The notes beneath the pieces were generated by a model that made no database searches, was not told the DNA's origin, and worked only from the letters and a program-made list of their open reading frames with translations. 64,000 bases of DNA, taken from positions 44,762 through 108,761 of the forward strand of contig CALXMQ010000003.1 in assembly GCA_944389515.1 (NCBI GenBank), read 5' to 3'. The stretch comes from an uncultured Alphaproteobacteria bacterium (GTDB lineage Bacteria; Pseudomonadota; Alphaproteobacteria; Rs-D84). The number at the start of each line of letters is the position of its first letter. Position 1 is the first letter of the stretch. This document shows positions 1 through 9,248 of the stretch, piece by piece. The translations under genes and the position numbers were made by a program.

Positions 1-593
1 ACGAACATTGGCATGTGATTTACATTTATGTGCGATGGATTAAAATCATTGCCAGTAAAACTGGTTATTCTTTTGCACATACGCGTTATTGACGGGGTTG
101 ATTTGAATACCGGCACAACCGAACAACATGTACGCGTTTCGTTTGTTATATCTTTGATATAATGATTACTGCCCTGATAAATAGGGGTATAGTTATAACG
201 TTCATAAAATTTTTGTGCACGTGGCAAAGATATTAAATCTAACATTTTTGCACCAAATGCACCTGCATTTTCCGCAGATTTTAATAAACGACTGCCTATC
301 TTTTGTGATGTGTATTCAGGCAACACGTATAAACTGCGTATTGTTGCGACGTTATCCATACAGTCACCTTGGATAAATCCTACCATATCCGCATCATCAT
401 ACGCACCAAATGCAAAATTAAATTTACGACGACGCCAACCATCTAAAAAATCCTTTAATGCATCATCGTAATCTTTATCTGTCATTATATATCCACAAGA
501 ATGTCGAAATGCAGCCGCACGAATATATAAAAAATCATCCCATACGTTTGGATTTGATTGGTTAAATATCGGTAAAATACTTATATCACTCAT
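1..593 (-). CDS. GNAT-family N-acetyltransferase (3' end runs off window; absent from supplied ORF track)
   Basis: Manual translation from ATG at 593: MSDISILPIFNQSNPNVWDDFLYIRAAAF...VATIRSLYVLPEYTSQKIGSRLLKSAE...AQKFYERYNY. GNAT acetyl-CoA motif A and the FYE motif are present, with no stop before the window edge. Confidence 0.75.
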   Translation of the reverse strand, partial: MSDISILPIFNQSNPNVWDDFLYIRAAAFRHSCGYIMTDKDYDDALKDFLDGWRRRKFNFAFGAYDDADMVGFIQGDCMDNVATIRSLYVLPEYTSQKIGSRLLKSAENAGAFGAKMLDLISLPRAQKFYERYNYTPIYQGSNHYIKDITNETRTCCSVVPVFKSTPSITRMCKRITSFTGNDFNPSHINVNHMPMF

Positions 594-629
594 AGCAGTC
601 TCTATTATTAGTACAAAAAATCTTTTCTG

Positions 630-1364
630 TCAATATATAAAATCCAATTTTATATTATCAAAGTTATCGTGCGTTGCGTTTGGTACAACAATCATGTTTG
701 TCCCCCCAGTCCATTTTGCAGATAATGCCCCAGGTACTGTTTTATCGTTTTCAGCAACATAATGTAACTGGGGCACATGCGGCAATCCGTCTAAGTTCAG
801 CGATGTTTTCAGCGGACTGTCACCGAAAAATTCAGTCCAATCTTGGTGATTCAAAACACCAGCGATTGTAATCCATTGACGCACATTTAATTCTGGATAA
901 TTTTGAATAACCAAACCAGAAACCATTGCCCCACCAGAATATCCCACCAATATAATCGGACGTATGCCAGATACCGATTTTATCGCATCAGACACAGATT
1001 TAATCACACGATGCGAAAATCGACCATATGTCCAATCTGATTGGTTGCAATTTGGAGACATTATATATTGGCATGGACGTGCCATATATACAACATTTGC
1101 GGCAGAATCTGAACTGGCCAAATCACGCATAAATGTGCCACGTGGTGTTGGATTACTGGTTGGAATACCGCGCCCGTCAAATGCGTGGCCATCGCCTTCG
1201 ATATAAATATGAATTGGGGCGGTTGAATCTGTTATTTTCTGCCATGTGGCAATTTCAAAATCCCCAGCACGAATTGATTTATATACAAAATTACTTGGTG
1301 CGTGCCAATCAGAAACACAACCACATAATAACAATAAAACTAACAGTGACCTGCCATGCGACAT
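630..1364 (-). CDS. Alpha/beta-hydrolase fold lipoprotein
   Basis: Lipoprotein-like signal (LLLCGC), GYSGG nucleophile elbow, YIEGDG, and C-terminal D/H candidates. Confidence 0.75.
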   Translation of the reverse strand: MSHGRSLLVLLLLCGCVSDWHAPSNFVYKSIRAGDFEIATWQKITDSTAPIHIYIEGDGHAFDGRGIPTSNPTPRGTFMRDLASSDSAANVVYMARPCQYIMSPNCNQSDWTYGRFSHRVIKSVSDAIKSVSGIRPIILVGYSGGAMVSGLVIQNYPELNVRQWITIAGVLNHQDWTEFFGDSPLKTSLNLDGLPHVPQLHYVAENDKTVPGALSAKWTGGTNMIVVPNATHDNFDNIKLDFIY

Positions 1365-1511
1365 AGTATGTTATATCATAATGAAAAACACATCCCCAGT
1401 CAAACAATCTGTATAAAATAGCTATTTGACAAATTTTATTGACAAAATACTTGACAAATATATTTTTTGGTGCATAATTTGTACATAATAAAAAAACAAA
1501 AAGGTGTTTGT

Positions 1512-2279
1512 ATGTTCAAAGCATTGAAAATGAAAATTGCCGCGCGTCGCATGGAACGCAAACGTAACGTTCGTAAATCCAGCACTAAAAAAGCGCGCCG
1601 CAGCACGAACAAATCATTTTGGAATCGCGTATGGAATACAATATGCACCCCATTTCGCGCAATCAGTCGTTGGTTTCGCGCATTTTGGAAATGGATTTGC
1701 AGACTGGATTTAGTCGGCATGGTAAATATTGCATTATTATCTGCGATAATCGTTTTATTTTCAATGCTGATAATCGATGTAATCGGGTGCAACAAACGCC
1801 CTGTGGTTATTGTCACAAAGCGCAACGCCCCCCAGATTACTATGAATTCTGATGCGGCAAATCGTACGGTACGTCAACGCACACCAAAAATTCAAACATT
1901 ACCAATAAAAAAAGATGCAAATCGCAACTTTATTGGTAAAACGATTGATGTTATGCCGGTGCGTCCAGACAAAGTTGCCATCCAGCAAACTGCACGTTGC
2001 AAAAACACCATGTATGGCGATGTAATTATTGACAGCCGGGGTGCCGCAACAATGTTAAAACCATCCAGTGTGGTCAAAGGTAATCTGTATCTGCAACACA
2101 TGCGTAAATATACATTGCCACGCGGTGTTCGTATCGAAGGTAACTTGTTCTTGCGCAATATGGGTATGTTGCAATTTGGCGGCGAATTTACCGTGACAGG
2201 AAATATATATGTTACACCAGATTCGTCATTTGGCCCAATCCCAGGCAATGCACGCATTGGTGGCCAAGTAATTTTATAA
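1512..2279 (+). CDS. Hypothetical single-pass membrane protein: basic N-terminus, C-terminal (V/I)xGNL(Y/F)L beta-solenoid-like repeats
   Basis: RBS AAGG before ATG 1512, TM segment around aa 65-90, repeats VKGNLYL / IEGNLFL / VTGNIYV, downstream terminator. Confidence 0.6.
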   Translation: MFKALKMKIAARRMERKRNVRKSSTKKARRSTNKSFWNRVWNTICTPFRAISRWFRAFWKWICRLDLVGMVNIALLSAIIVLFSMLIIDVIGCNKRPVVIVTKRNAPQITMNSDAANRTVRQRTPKIQTLPIKKDANRNFIGKTIDVMPVRPDKVAIQQTARCKNTMYGDVIIDSRGAATMLKPSSVVKGNLYLQHMRKYTLPRGVRIEGNLFLRNMGMLQFGGEFTVTGNIYVTPDSSFGPIPGNARIGGQVIL

Positions 2280-2310
2280 AATTATTGGTTTTTCATTTGT
2301 TTCTCCCTGA

Positions 2311-2340
2311 AAAACGGTTGCGAAATCGCAACCGTTTTTT
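2311..2340 (+). terminator. Rho-independent terminator
   Basis: AAAACGGTTGCG-AAAT-CGCAACCGTTTTTT. Confidence 0.8.
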
Positions 2341-2399
2341 ATGGATTTTTTATACAAAATATGTTATAATATCTGCATCCGAACAAGGGGATAAAATAA

Positions 2400-2678
2400 A
2401 TGAATACTTTTGAAAAAATATTAAATGTCTTTGGGAAAAATTTGGGATATACAATCGTACTGGTTGTTGCAATGATCTTCTTTGCATATTTTTCAGACGG
2501 TTTAATTCCGGGCTTGATTACGGCATTCAGCGCATTGGTCGCATACGTATGTGGTGCGGCATTATACCGCGCGTTTCGTGATGCGTTTTCTGGCAAGAAA
2601 ACGGTTTCCGCCACGGTCAAAGAACCTGCTAAAAAAACAACCACAAAAAAGAAAACATCAAAAAACAAAAAATCTTAA
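2400..2678 (+). CDS. Small membrane protein with 2 TM segments and Lys-rich tail
   Basis: RBS GGGG, two hydrophobic segments, downstream hairpin 2679-2704. Confidence 0.6.
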   Translation: MNTFEKILNVFGKNLGYTIVLVVAMIFFAYFSDGLIPGLITAFSALVAYVCGAALYRAFRDAFSGKKTVSATVKEPAKKTTTKKKTSKNKKS

Positions 2679-2829
2679 AAAAATCCCACAATCGTGGGAT
2701 TTTTATTTTATTGTTACAAATTTTATAACATCACGAACCATAAACTGTAATTAAACCTGGTAAACCTGTATTTGTCACGATACCAGTCCACAATAAACAC
2801 ATAAAATAATACCCCAAAATGGGGGTATT

Positions 2830-3204
2830 TTATTGTGCATCAGATGTTGATGCATTATCTGTCGCGGTGGTATCAGATACATCGCCCGTTGCACCAGGAA
2901 TCGCAGATTCAGCCGGGGCGTTGCCCTGTTGCACCAATTCATTACGCAAATCACTTTGCTGTATTGCCATATCAGATTTTGCAGAAACCAACGCCAATAA
3001 CGCACACAATACAAAAAATATTGTTGCCAGCCACGCCGTGGCACGCGTTAAAAAATTACCGGCCGCCGCCCCCGTCAACGCGCCACCAAACATTGATGCC
3101 GCAGACGATCCGGACATACCACTGCCCTCTGACTTTTGCAGTAAAATTATTCCAGTCATTAAAATTGCGACGATTATCAATAAAACCAATAAAATTGTGA
3201 ACAT
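2830..3204 (-). CDS. secG: Preprotein translocase subunit SecG
   Basis: ILLQKSEG-x-G, FGG, NFLTRATAWLATIFF signature. Confidence 0.92.
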   Translation of the reverse strand: MFTILLVLLIIVAILMTGIILLQKSEGSGMSGSSAASMFGGALTGAAAGNFLTRATAWLATIFFVLCALLALVSAKSDMAIQQSDLRNELVQQGNAPAESAIPGATGDVSDTTATDNASTSDAQ

Positions 3205-3246
3205 TTAATACCCTTTGATTTGAAATCAATTTTATATATCAAAACA

Positions 3247-3879
3247 TTAAATTGCAAGTTTTTTCAATAATTCTTCGGCGGCAGCGATACTGGCAGCCTT
3301 TTTAGATGCACCACATCCTGTGGCACTGTGCCCCATGGCGGTTACCCGTACATTAAACGTCGGTTTGTGCGACGCCCCAGTTGCCGGCAAATATTCATAT
3401 TCTGGCAATGCACCATTATCTTGTTTTTGAACCAATTCTTGTAATGCTGTTTTTGCATCTTTGGGTGCGATAACATCTGCCGCCGCCAAATCACGCCAAA
3501 TATCAACGATTATATCACGCACAACATCAAACCCACCGTCAATAAATATGGCACCAAATACAGCCTCCATCGCGTTGGCACAGATATGTTGAATCCGACC
3601 AGCAGTCATGTGACCATGATGTATTTTTTTGTCTAATCCGAATTCCATGGCAACATGCGCCAATGTTTCTGTGGATACCAACATTGCATGCCGACGTGCC
3701 AATTCCCCTTCGTGTTCAGTTGGGAACATTTCGTACAACAATGCCGCCACCGACAACCCCAACACGCGATCGCCAACAAATTCCAATCTTTCATTATTAT
3801 GTGCGGCATTTGCCCCACTTTGGGTCAATGCCAATTCCAACAATTCAGGATTCTTGAAAGTATAATTTAATTTTTTCAC
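3247..3879 (-). CDS. rnc: Ribonuclease III
   Basis: NERLEFVGDRVLGL signature and dsRBD (DAKTALQE, KKAASIAAAE). Probable GTG start at 3879 just after the lepB stop. Confidence 0.95.
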   Translation of the reverse strand: MKKLNYTFKNPELLELALTQSGANAAHNNERLEFVGDRVLGLSVAALLYEMFPTEHEGELARRHAMLVSTETLAHVAMEFGLDKKIHHGHMTAGRIQHICANAMEAVFGAIFIDGGFDVVRDIIVDIWRDLAAADVIAPKDAKTALQELVQKQDNGALPEYEYLPATGASHKPTFNVRVTAMGHSATGCGASKKAASIAAAEELLKKLAI

Positions 3880-3880
3880 T

Positions 3881-4768
3881 TTAATCAATTCCCATGCCAA
3901 ATCTGTCCCAGCGCATTTTATTTCCCCAATTCCAAAACGCCAACATTGGTGAATAATAATTATGCGAATACCATATAAACCAAACCGGCCCCAGCACATT
4001 GTCACGTGGGACATATCCGATATCAGCACGACTGTCCCCACTGTTATCGCGATTATCACCCATAAAGAAATAATGATTTTCAGGCACCGTGAACATCATT
4101 GTATTATCCAATGGTCCTTTGTCAGTCATTTCAACAATACTGTGCGCGACACCATTTGGTAATGTTTCTGTGTATTCTGTGCCAGCGAATACCCCACACG
4201 CCCATTGATTCTGGTTACAGAATTTATCATCTTTGTATTCAATGGTATAATTGAATTCCGCAGGCTTGTTATCAACCCAAACCTTGTTTCCCTGTATCAT
4301 CATATTTTTTTCTGGGATATGATAACCAGCACTGCGTAATGATTTCGGCAAGGTGGCAATAATATATGGACGTGGATTTTCACGTGGAACAATTTCACCG
4401 TTTATATACAACCGACCGTCCATCATTTGTATTGTGTCACCAGGCTTTCCAATCAAACGTTTAACATAATCCTGGGATTCATTGATTGGATTACGAAACA
4501 CTATTACATCGCCAATTTCTGGTTCATGACCCCAAAAACGCCCGTTCCACAAGTGCCACGAGCCAAATGGAAACGAATAACGCGAATATCCATATGGCCA
4601 TTTTTCTACAAATATATGATCACCAACATGCAACGTTGGTATCATTGACCCAGATGGTATATTAAATGGTTCTAATAAAAAACTGCGAAACGCAATCGCA
4701 ATCAGCGCACCATAAAATATGGTATTAAACCAATCACGTGCAACATTTGATTTCTTTTTAACGGGCAT
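3881..4768 (-). CDS. lepB: Signal peptidase I
   Basis: PFNIPSGSMIPTL (catalytic Ser), DYVKRLIG (Lys), GDNRDNSGDSR; canonical lepB-rnc order. Confidence 0.96.
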   Translation of the reverse strand: MPVKKKSNVARDWFNTIFYGALIAIAFRSFLLEPFNIPSGSMIPTLHVGDHIFVEKWPYGYSRYSFPFGSWHLWNGRFWGHEPEIGDVIVFRNPINESQDYVKRLIGKPGDTIQMMDGRLYINGEIVPRENPRPYIIATLPKSLRSAGYHIPEKNMMIQGNKVWVDNKPAEFNYTIEYKDDKFCNQNQWACGVFAGTEYTETLPNGVAHSIVEMTDKGPLDNTMMFTVPENHYFFMGDNRDNSGDSRADIGYVPRDNVLGPVWFIWYSHNYYSPMLAFWNWGNKMRWDRFGMGID

Positions 4769-4846
4769 GATGTTTTTATCCTTGGGCTTTATACGGGCAC
4801 CATTTTATAACTTGAATTGATTTTGCGCAAGTTTTAATATGCAAAT

Positions 4847-6367
4847 ATGATTTCTTTGAATTCAATCATATTTAACGGTATGGACGCAACACAAATTGAC
4901 GTCCAGGTTCAATTATCCACAGGTTTGTCAAAACCAGAATTTAACATAATCGGATTGGCTGATCGTGCTGTCAAAGAATCTGCGGAAAGAATACGAAACG
5001 TTTTATCCGCATTAAATTTATCTTTGCCGCCCAAACGACTGACTGTGAATTTGTCGCCGGCGGATGTAGAAAAATCAGGTTCGCATTTTGATTTGCCAAT
5101 ATTATGTGGAATATTATGCGCGATTGGAATTTTGCCGGAATCAGAATTATCAAAATATATAATTATCGGCGAAGTTGGACTGAATGGTACAATCGTAAAA
5201 ACAAATGGAATATTACCTGCCAGTGTTTGGGCAAACCAACACGGCATGGGTATAATATGTCCTGGGGACCAAGGCGCCGAAGCGCGATGGGCCGGACACA
5301 CAAATATATTGGCGCCGTTTCACGTTCTGGAATTGATAAATCATTTCAAAGGAACGCAAATTTTACCCATACCCCCGTTATCCACGCCATGTGCAGAACA
5401 ATCAACACATATGGATATGGCCGAAGTGCACGGCCAGTCCGCTGCGAAACGCGCATTGGAAATTGCCGCCGCCGGTGGGCACGCAATGTTGATGGTTGGA
5501 CCACCGGGATCTGGGAAAACAATGTTGGCATCACGGTTGCCAACAATATTGCCAGAAATGACACCTGATGAAATACTGGAAACATCTATTATATATTCAA
5601 TCGCAGGGCAACTGAACGGGAAATCTTTAATTACAACGCGCCCATTTCGCAGTGTACACCATACTGCCAGTGCAATATCTTTGGCCGGTGGTGGCGCAGA
5701 TGCCAGACCAGGCGAAATTTCATTGGCGCATAATGGCGTTTTGTTCTTGGACGAATTACCAGAATTTAATCGGACGACGTTGGAAATATTACGTCAACCT
5801 ATGGAATCTGGGAAAATAATGATTGCACGTGCACGTCGCACCGCAACGTATCCGGCACAATTTCAACTGATTGCGGCAATGAATCCATGTCCATGTGGAC
5901 ATTTGGGAAATGCCGCCCTGTCCTGTTCACGCGCACCCCGTTGCGCCGAAGCGTATCAAAACAAGATTTCTGGCCCATTATTGGACAGAATTGATTTACA
6001 TGTGGATGTTGACCCGGTCAATCCATGGGAAATGAATAAAAATGACAATACACATGTTGAAACATCGGCACAAATTCGGGCACGTGTTATCGCCGCGCGT
6101 AATCGCCAAATTGAACGCCAAGGCACCCCAAACGCGCAACTGGATGGCACCTTGTTGGACACGGTTGCAAAATTATCCGATGAATTGACCCAATTTTTGA
6201 ATACCGCCGCAGAAAAAATGGGCATGTCTGCACGTGGATATAATCGTATACGTCGAATTGCACGTACCATCGCCGATTTACGTGGCGCAACAAATATAGA
6301 GATGACTGATTTAGCCGAAGCATTATCATATCGTCCAATAAATCGTGGTAAATATGGCATAAAATAA
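4847..6367 (+). CDS. comM: YifB/ComM family Mg-chelatase-like AAA+ ATPase
   Basis: GLADRAVKES, GPPGSGKT Walker A, PGEISLAHNGVLFLDELPEF, AMNPCPCG. Confidence 0.92.
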   Translation: MISLNSIIFNGMDATQIDVQVQLSTGLSKPEFNIIGLADRAVKESAERIRNVLSALNLSLPPKRLTVNLSPADVEKSGSHFDLPILCGILCAIGILPESELSKYIIIGEVGLNGTIVKTNGILPASVWANQHGMGIICPGDQGAEARWAGHTNILAPFHVLELINHFKGTQILPIPPLSTPCAEQSTHMDMAEVHGQSAAKRALEIAAAGGHAMLMVGPPGSGKTMLASRLPTILPEMTPDEILETSIIYSIAGQLNGKSLITTRPFRSVHHTASAISLAGGGADARPGEISLAHNGVLFLDELPEFNRTTLEILRQPMESGKIMIARARRTATYPAQFQLIAAMNPCPCGHLGNAALSCSRAPRCAEAYQNKISGPLLDRIDLHVDVDPVNPWEMNKNDNTHVETSAQIRARVIAARNRQIERQGTPNAQLDGTLLDTVAKLSDELTQFLNTAAEKMGMSARGYNRIRRIARTIADLRGATNIEMTDLAEALSYRPINRGKYGIK

Positions 6368-6395
6368 AAAATCCGCCATTTGGCGGACTTTTTTT
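6367..6395. terminator. Bidirectional terminator between convergent genes
   Basis: AAAAATCCGCC-ATTT-GGCGGACTTTTTTT. Confidence 0.75.
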
Positions 6396-6396
6396 A

Positions 6397-7377
6397 TTAA
6401 AACTCAAACCGTATTCCCAACATTGCATTTATAAAAAATGTGTTTTCTGCACTGAACCAATCACGATGCAATGTACCGTCTTCATTACTAAGTGCCCAAC
6501 GAATACGTGGAATATATGCCGCACGAACGCCAAAATCTAAATACATATTTTCTGTTATACCATACGACAATCCCAATGCCAACAACCCAGCGATATTTGG
6601 CGTATTTAATTCAGAACGATAAAATTGAATAACATCATCATTTTGTTCTTTGACCCCATATGGCAACAAGTCATACAACCCAGATAAATCACCATACGGA
6701 TCAGATAAATTTAACACAGTTGCAATATCAGCATACCCAACACCAAACCCAAAATATGGTATTGCGGTACGCACAGGCTTTTGTATTCCAGAATAAAAAT
6801 CGTAAAACGCCATTACACTGAATATATCTGTTGTAACACTGGATTGCACCGCGCCACTGGAAATTGTTGCGATGGCACCGGCCGCATCGCCACTGAACAA
6901 AGTGGCATCACCTTCGATAAATGGGGATGCATTATATTCACTTTTAGAAATATGATCCCACCCCAATTCTATGCGCCATTGCGGTTTATTCGGCACAGTC
7001 CAACCAACACTGGCCCCAGCGGCAAAACCAAAAGATTCATAATCCTGGGTCGCAGGTAAATCGCCAATATTTACATATCCGGCCGGGACAAAATCACCAC
7101 AATCACCACGATCTTGGCATTGATAATACCCCAATTCGGACATAATTGTACTGCCATCAGGACTCATATAATACAACGGGGTCAATTCACCAATTTCATT
7201 TTTTATTCCACCCATACCAAATGATGCGCCACCACGTACAGACACGGTAAATCGGCTGCCATCATCAGTATATGCACCATCACCCACATAATATCCGGGA
7301 TATTCCCAATTTGCGTGTGCCGCGCCCAAAAACAGGCATGATAATAATGGTAAAAATAATATGCTCCTGCATCTCAT
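6397..7377 (-). CDS. Outer-membrane beta-barrel protein (opacity/surface-antigen-like)
   Basis: Signal peptide (AHA), PYFGFGVG, amphipathic strands, terminal GIRFEF Bam motif. Confidence 0.75.
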   Translation of the reverse strand: MRCRSILFLPLLSCLFLGAAHANWEYPGYYVGDGAYTDDGSRFTVSVRGGASFGMGGIKNEIGELTPLYYMSPDGSTIMSELGYYQCQDRGDCGDFVPAGYVNIGDLPATQDYESFGFAAGASVGWTVPNKPQWRIELGWDHISKSEYNASPFIEGDATLFSGDAAGAIATISSGAVQSSVTTDIFSVMAFYDFYSGIQKPVRTAIPYFGFGVGYADIATVLNLSDPYGDLSGLYDLLPYGVKEQNDDVIQFYRSELNTPNIAGLLALGLSYGITENMYLDFGVRAAYIPRIRWALSNEDGTLHRDWFSAENTFFINAMLGIRFEF

Positions 7378-7432
7378 GCCTATTATTATATCACAAAATT
7401 ACATGCAATAAAAACAGATTTTACTGATAAAA

Positions 7433-9223
7433 TTATTCTTGGATAAATCCGCCAGACTGCATTTTCCACAACCGTGCATATTCACCACGTCTGCGCAGTA
7501 ATTGGTTATGTGTCCCCTGTTCTATAACCACACCGTTGTTCAGCACGACAATCTTGTCCATATTACGCAACGTTGATAACCGATGTGCGATTGCCAAAGT
7601 TGTACGCCCATGCGCCAATTCATCAAAAGATTTTTGAATTGCGATTTCTGTTTCACTGTCCAATGCGGATGTCGCTTCGTCCAGCACTAAAATCGGGGCA
7701 TTTTTCAAAAATGCACGTGCGATGGCAATACGCTGTTTTTGACCACCAGATAATTTAATTCCACGGTCACCAACCATTGAATCATATTTCTTTTCGGTTC
7801 CCATGATAAAATCATGCGCGGCCGCACGACGCGACGCATCACGAATTTGCTTATCCGTGGCGCCAGGTTTGCCATATTCAATATTTTCACGAATAGTCCG
7901 ATTGAACAATGTTGGTTCTTGGGGAATAAACGCAATACTGCGACGCAAAGAATCCTGGGCCACATTGCGGATATTTTGCCCATCAATTAAAATTTCACCA
8001 CGTGTTGGATCATAAAACCGCATCAGCAAATGCACCAATGTTGATTTACCTGCGCCCGATGGCCCGACCAATCCGACACGTTCACCAGGTTCAATAACCA
8101 GATTAAAATCACGCAAAACCCATTTGCGTTTGTATTTGAACCATACGTTTTTGAATTCTATCCTGCCATGTGTCACGACTAAATCAGGCGCATTTTCCAC
8201 ATCACGCACCGCCAATTCTATATTTAATTCATCGTACGATTTCTTGGCACTGCCTAATAATTCTACAACATTTGGAATTTGCCCAATAATGCGCGATATC
8301 ATCCCCATAACATTAAAGAATACAGACATTGTAAATACTATTTCAGATACCAATATATTACCATTGGAAAACAAAATCACGCACAGCAACATCGTTATGC
8401 CAAACGCAATATCCCATACAAAATTCGGCAATCCCCAAAACCAACGTTGAATAAAAAACGAATAAATACGTGTAGTAATGGTCTTTTTACGTGCAGGTTT
8501 CAAATATTCACGTTCGGCATCTGCGGCGGCAAATAATTTCACAACTGAATAATTTGAAATACTGTCTACGATTTTACCAGACAATGAACTGTTTTCTTCG
8601 CTGGCGGTTTTGGCAGAATTGCTCATCGGTTTCATCAGTGCCAAACCATATACCAATCTGAATATAAAAACGGCCGCAAAAATCAATGCAACATACGAAT
8701 TTATTTCCAATACTAATCCCACGTTTATCAAAATCATCACAATGGAACCAAATATTTCCAAAAAATTCATAATAACATTGAAACCATTTGATACATATGT
8801 AATCTGTGAATTTATTTTTCCAGCCATACGCCCAGTCCAAAAAGACATAGACTGATGTTGGACAAAGTCATTTAACACATCAGATATTTGATTTGATATT
8901 ATCGGTTGCCAACGACCGTGCAACATGCCACGTAAAATCAGACACACATCCCACAGTATAAATAACCCTGTAATAAATAAAATTGTTGGTAACGCAAAGT
9001 CAACAAAACTTTCGCCCCCAGGTGGCGTTTGTTCAAATAATGCGATAAACCAACGCTGATAATTTGGGAATAACACGGCGTCTGACATAACGCACATAAA
9101 CAATATCGCATACCCAATCATCAATGGCCAATGGCCGCGCATCGCATATTTGAAATAAAATTTCCACAAAGATTTAGGTAATTTTTTATTGTAATCGTAC
9201 GACATGACGTACGCAATATACAA
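7433..9223 (-). CDS. ABC transporter, fused permease and ATPase (exporter)
   Basis: N-terminal TM domain, GPSGAGKST, LSGGQKQR, LVLDEATSALD. Confidence 0.93.
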   Translation of the reverse strand: MYIAYVMSYDYNKKLPKSLWKFYFKYAMRGHWPLMIGYAILFMCVMSDAVLFPNYQRWFIALFEQTPPGGESFVDFALPTILFITGLFILWDVCLILRGMLHGRWQPIISNQISDVLNDFVQHQSMSFWTGRMAGKINSQITYVSNGFNVIMNFLEIFGSIVMILINVGLVLEINSYVALIFAAVFIFRLVYGLALMKPMSNSAKTASEENSSLSGKIVDSISNYSVVKLFAAADAEREYLKPARKKTITTRIYSFFIQRWFWGLPNFVWDIAFGITMLLCVILFSNGNILVSEIVFTMSVFFNVMGMISRIIGQIPNVVELLGSAKKSYDELNIELAVRDVENAPDLVVTHGRIEFKNVWFKYKRKWVLRDFNLVIEPGERVGLVGPSGAGKSTLVHLLMRFYDPTRGEILIDGQNIRNVAQDSLRRSIAFIPQEPTLFNRTIRENIEYGKPGATDKQIRDASRRAAAHDFIMGTEKKYDSMVGDRGIKLSGGQKQRIAIARAFLKNAPILVLDEATSALDSETEIAIQKSFDELAHGRTTLAIAHRLSTLRNMDKIVVLNNGVVIEQGTHNQLLRRRGEYARLWKMQSGGFIQE

Positions 9224-9248
9224 AAATCAAAAAATCTGTTCAAGTGGT

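Noticed and set aside
3880-4059. 60-aa N-terminal extension of RNase III in the ORF track
   Set aside because: It overlaps lepB; a GTG at 3879 gives a normal-length protein.
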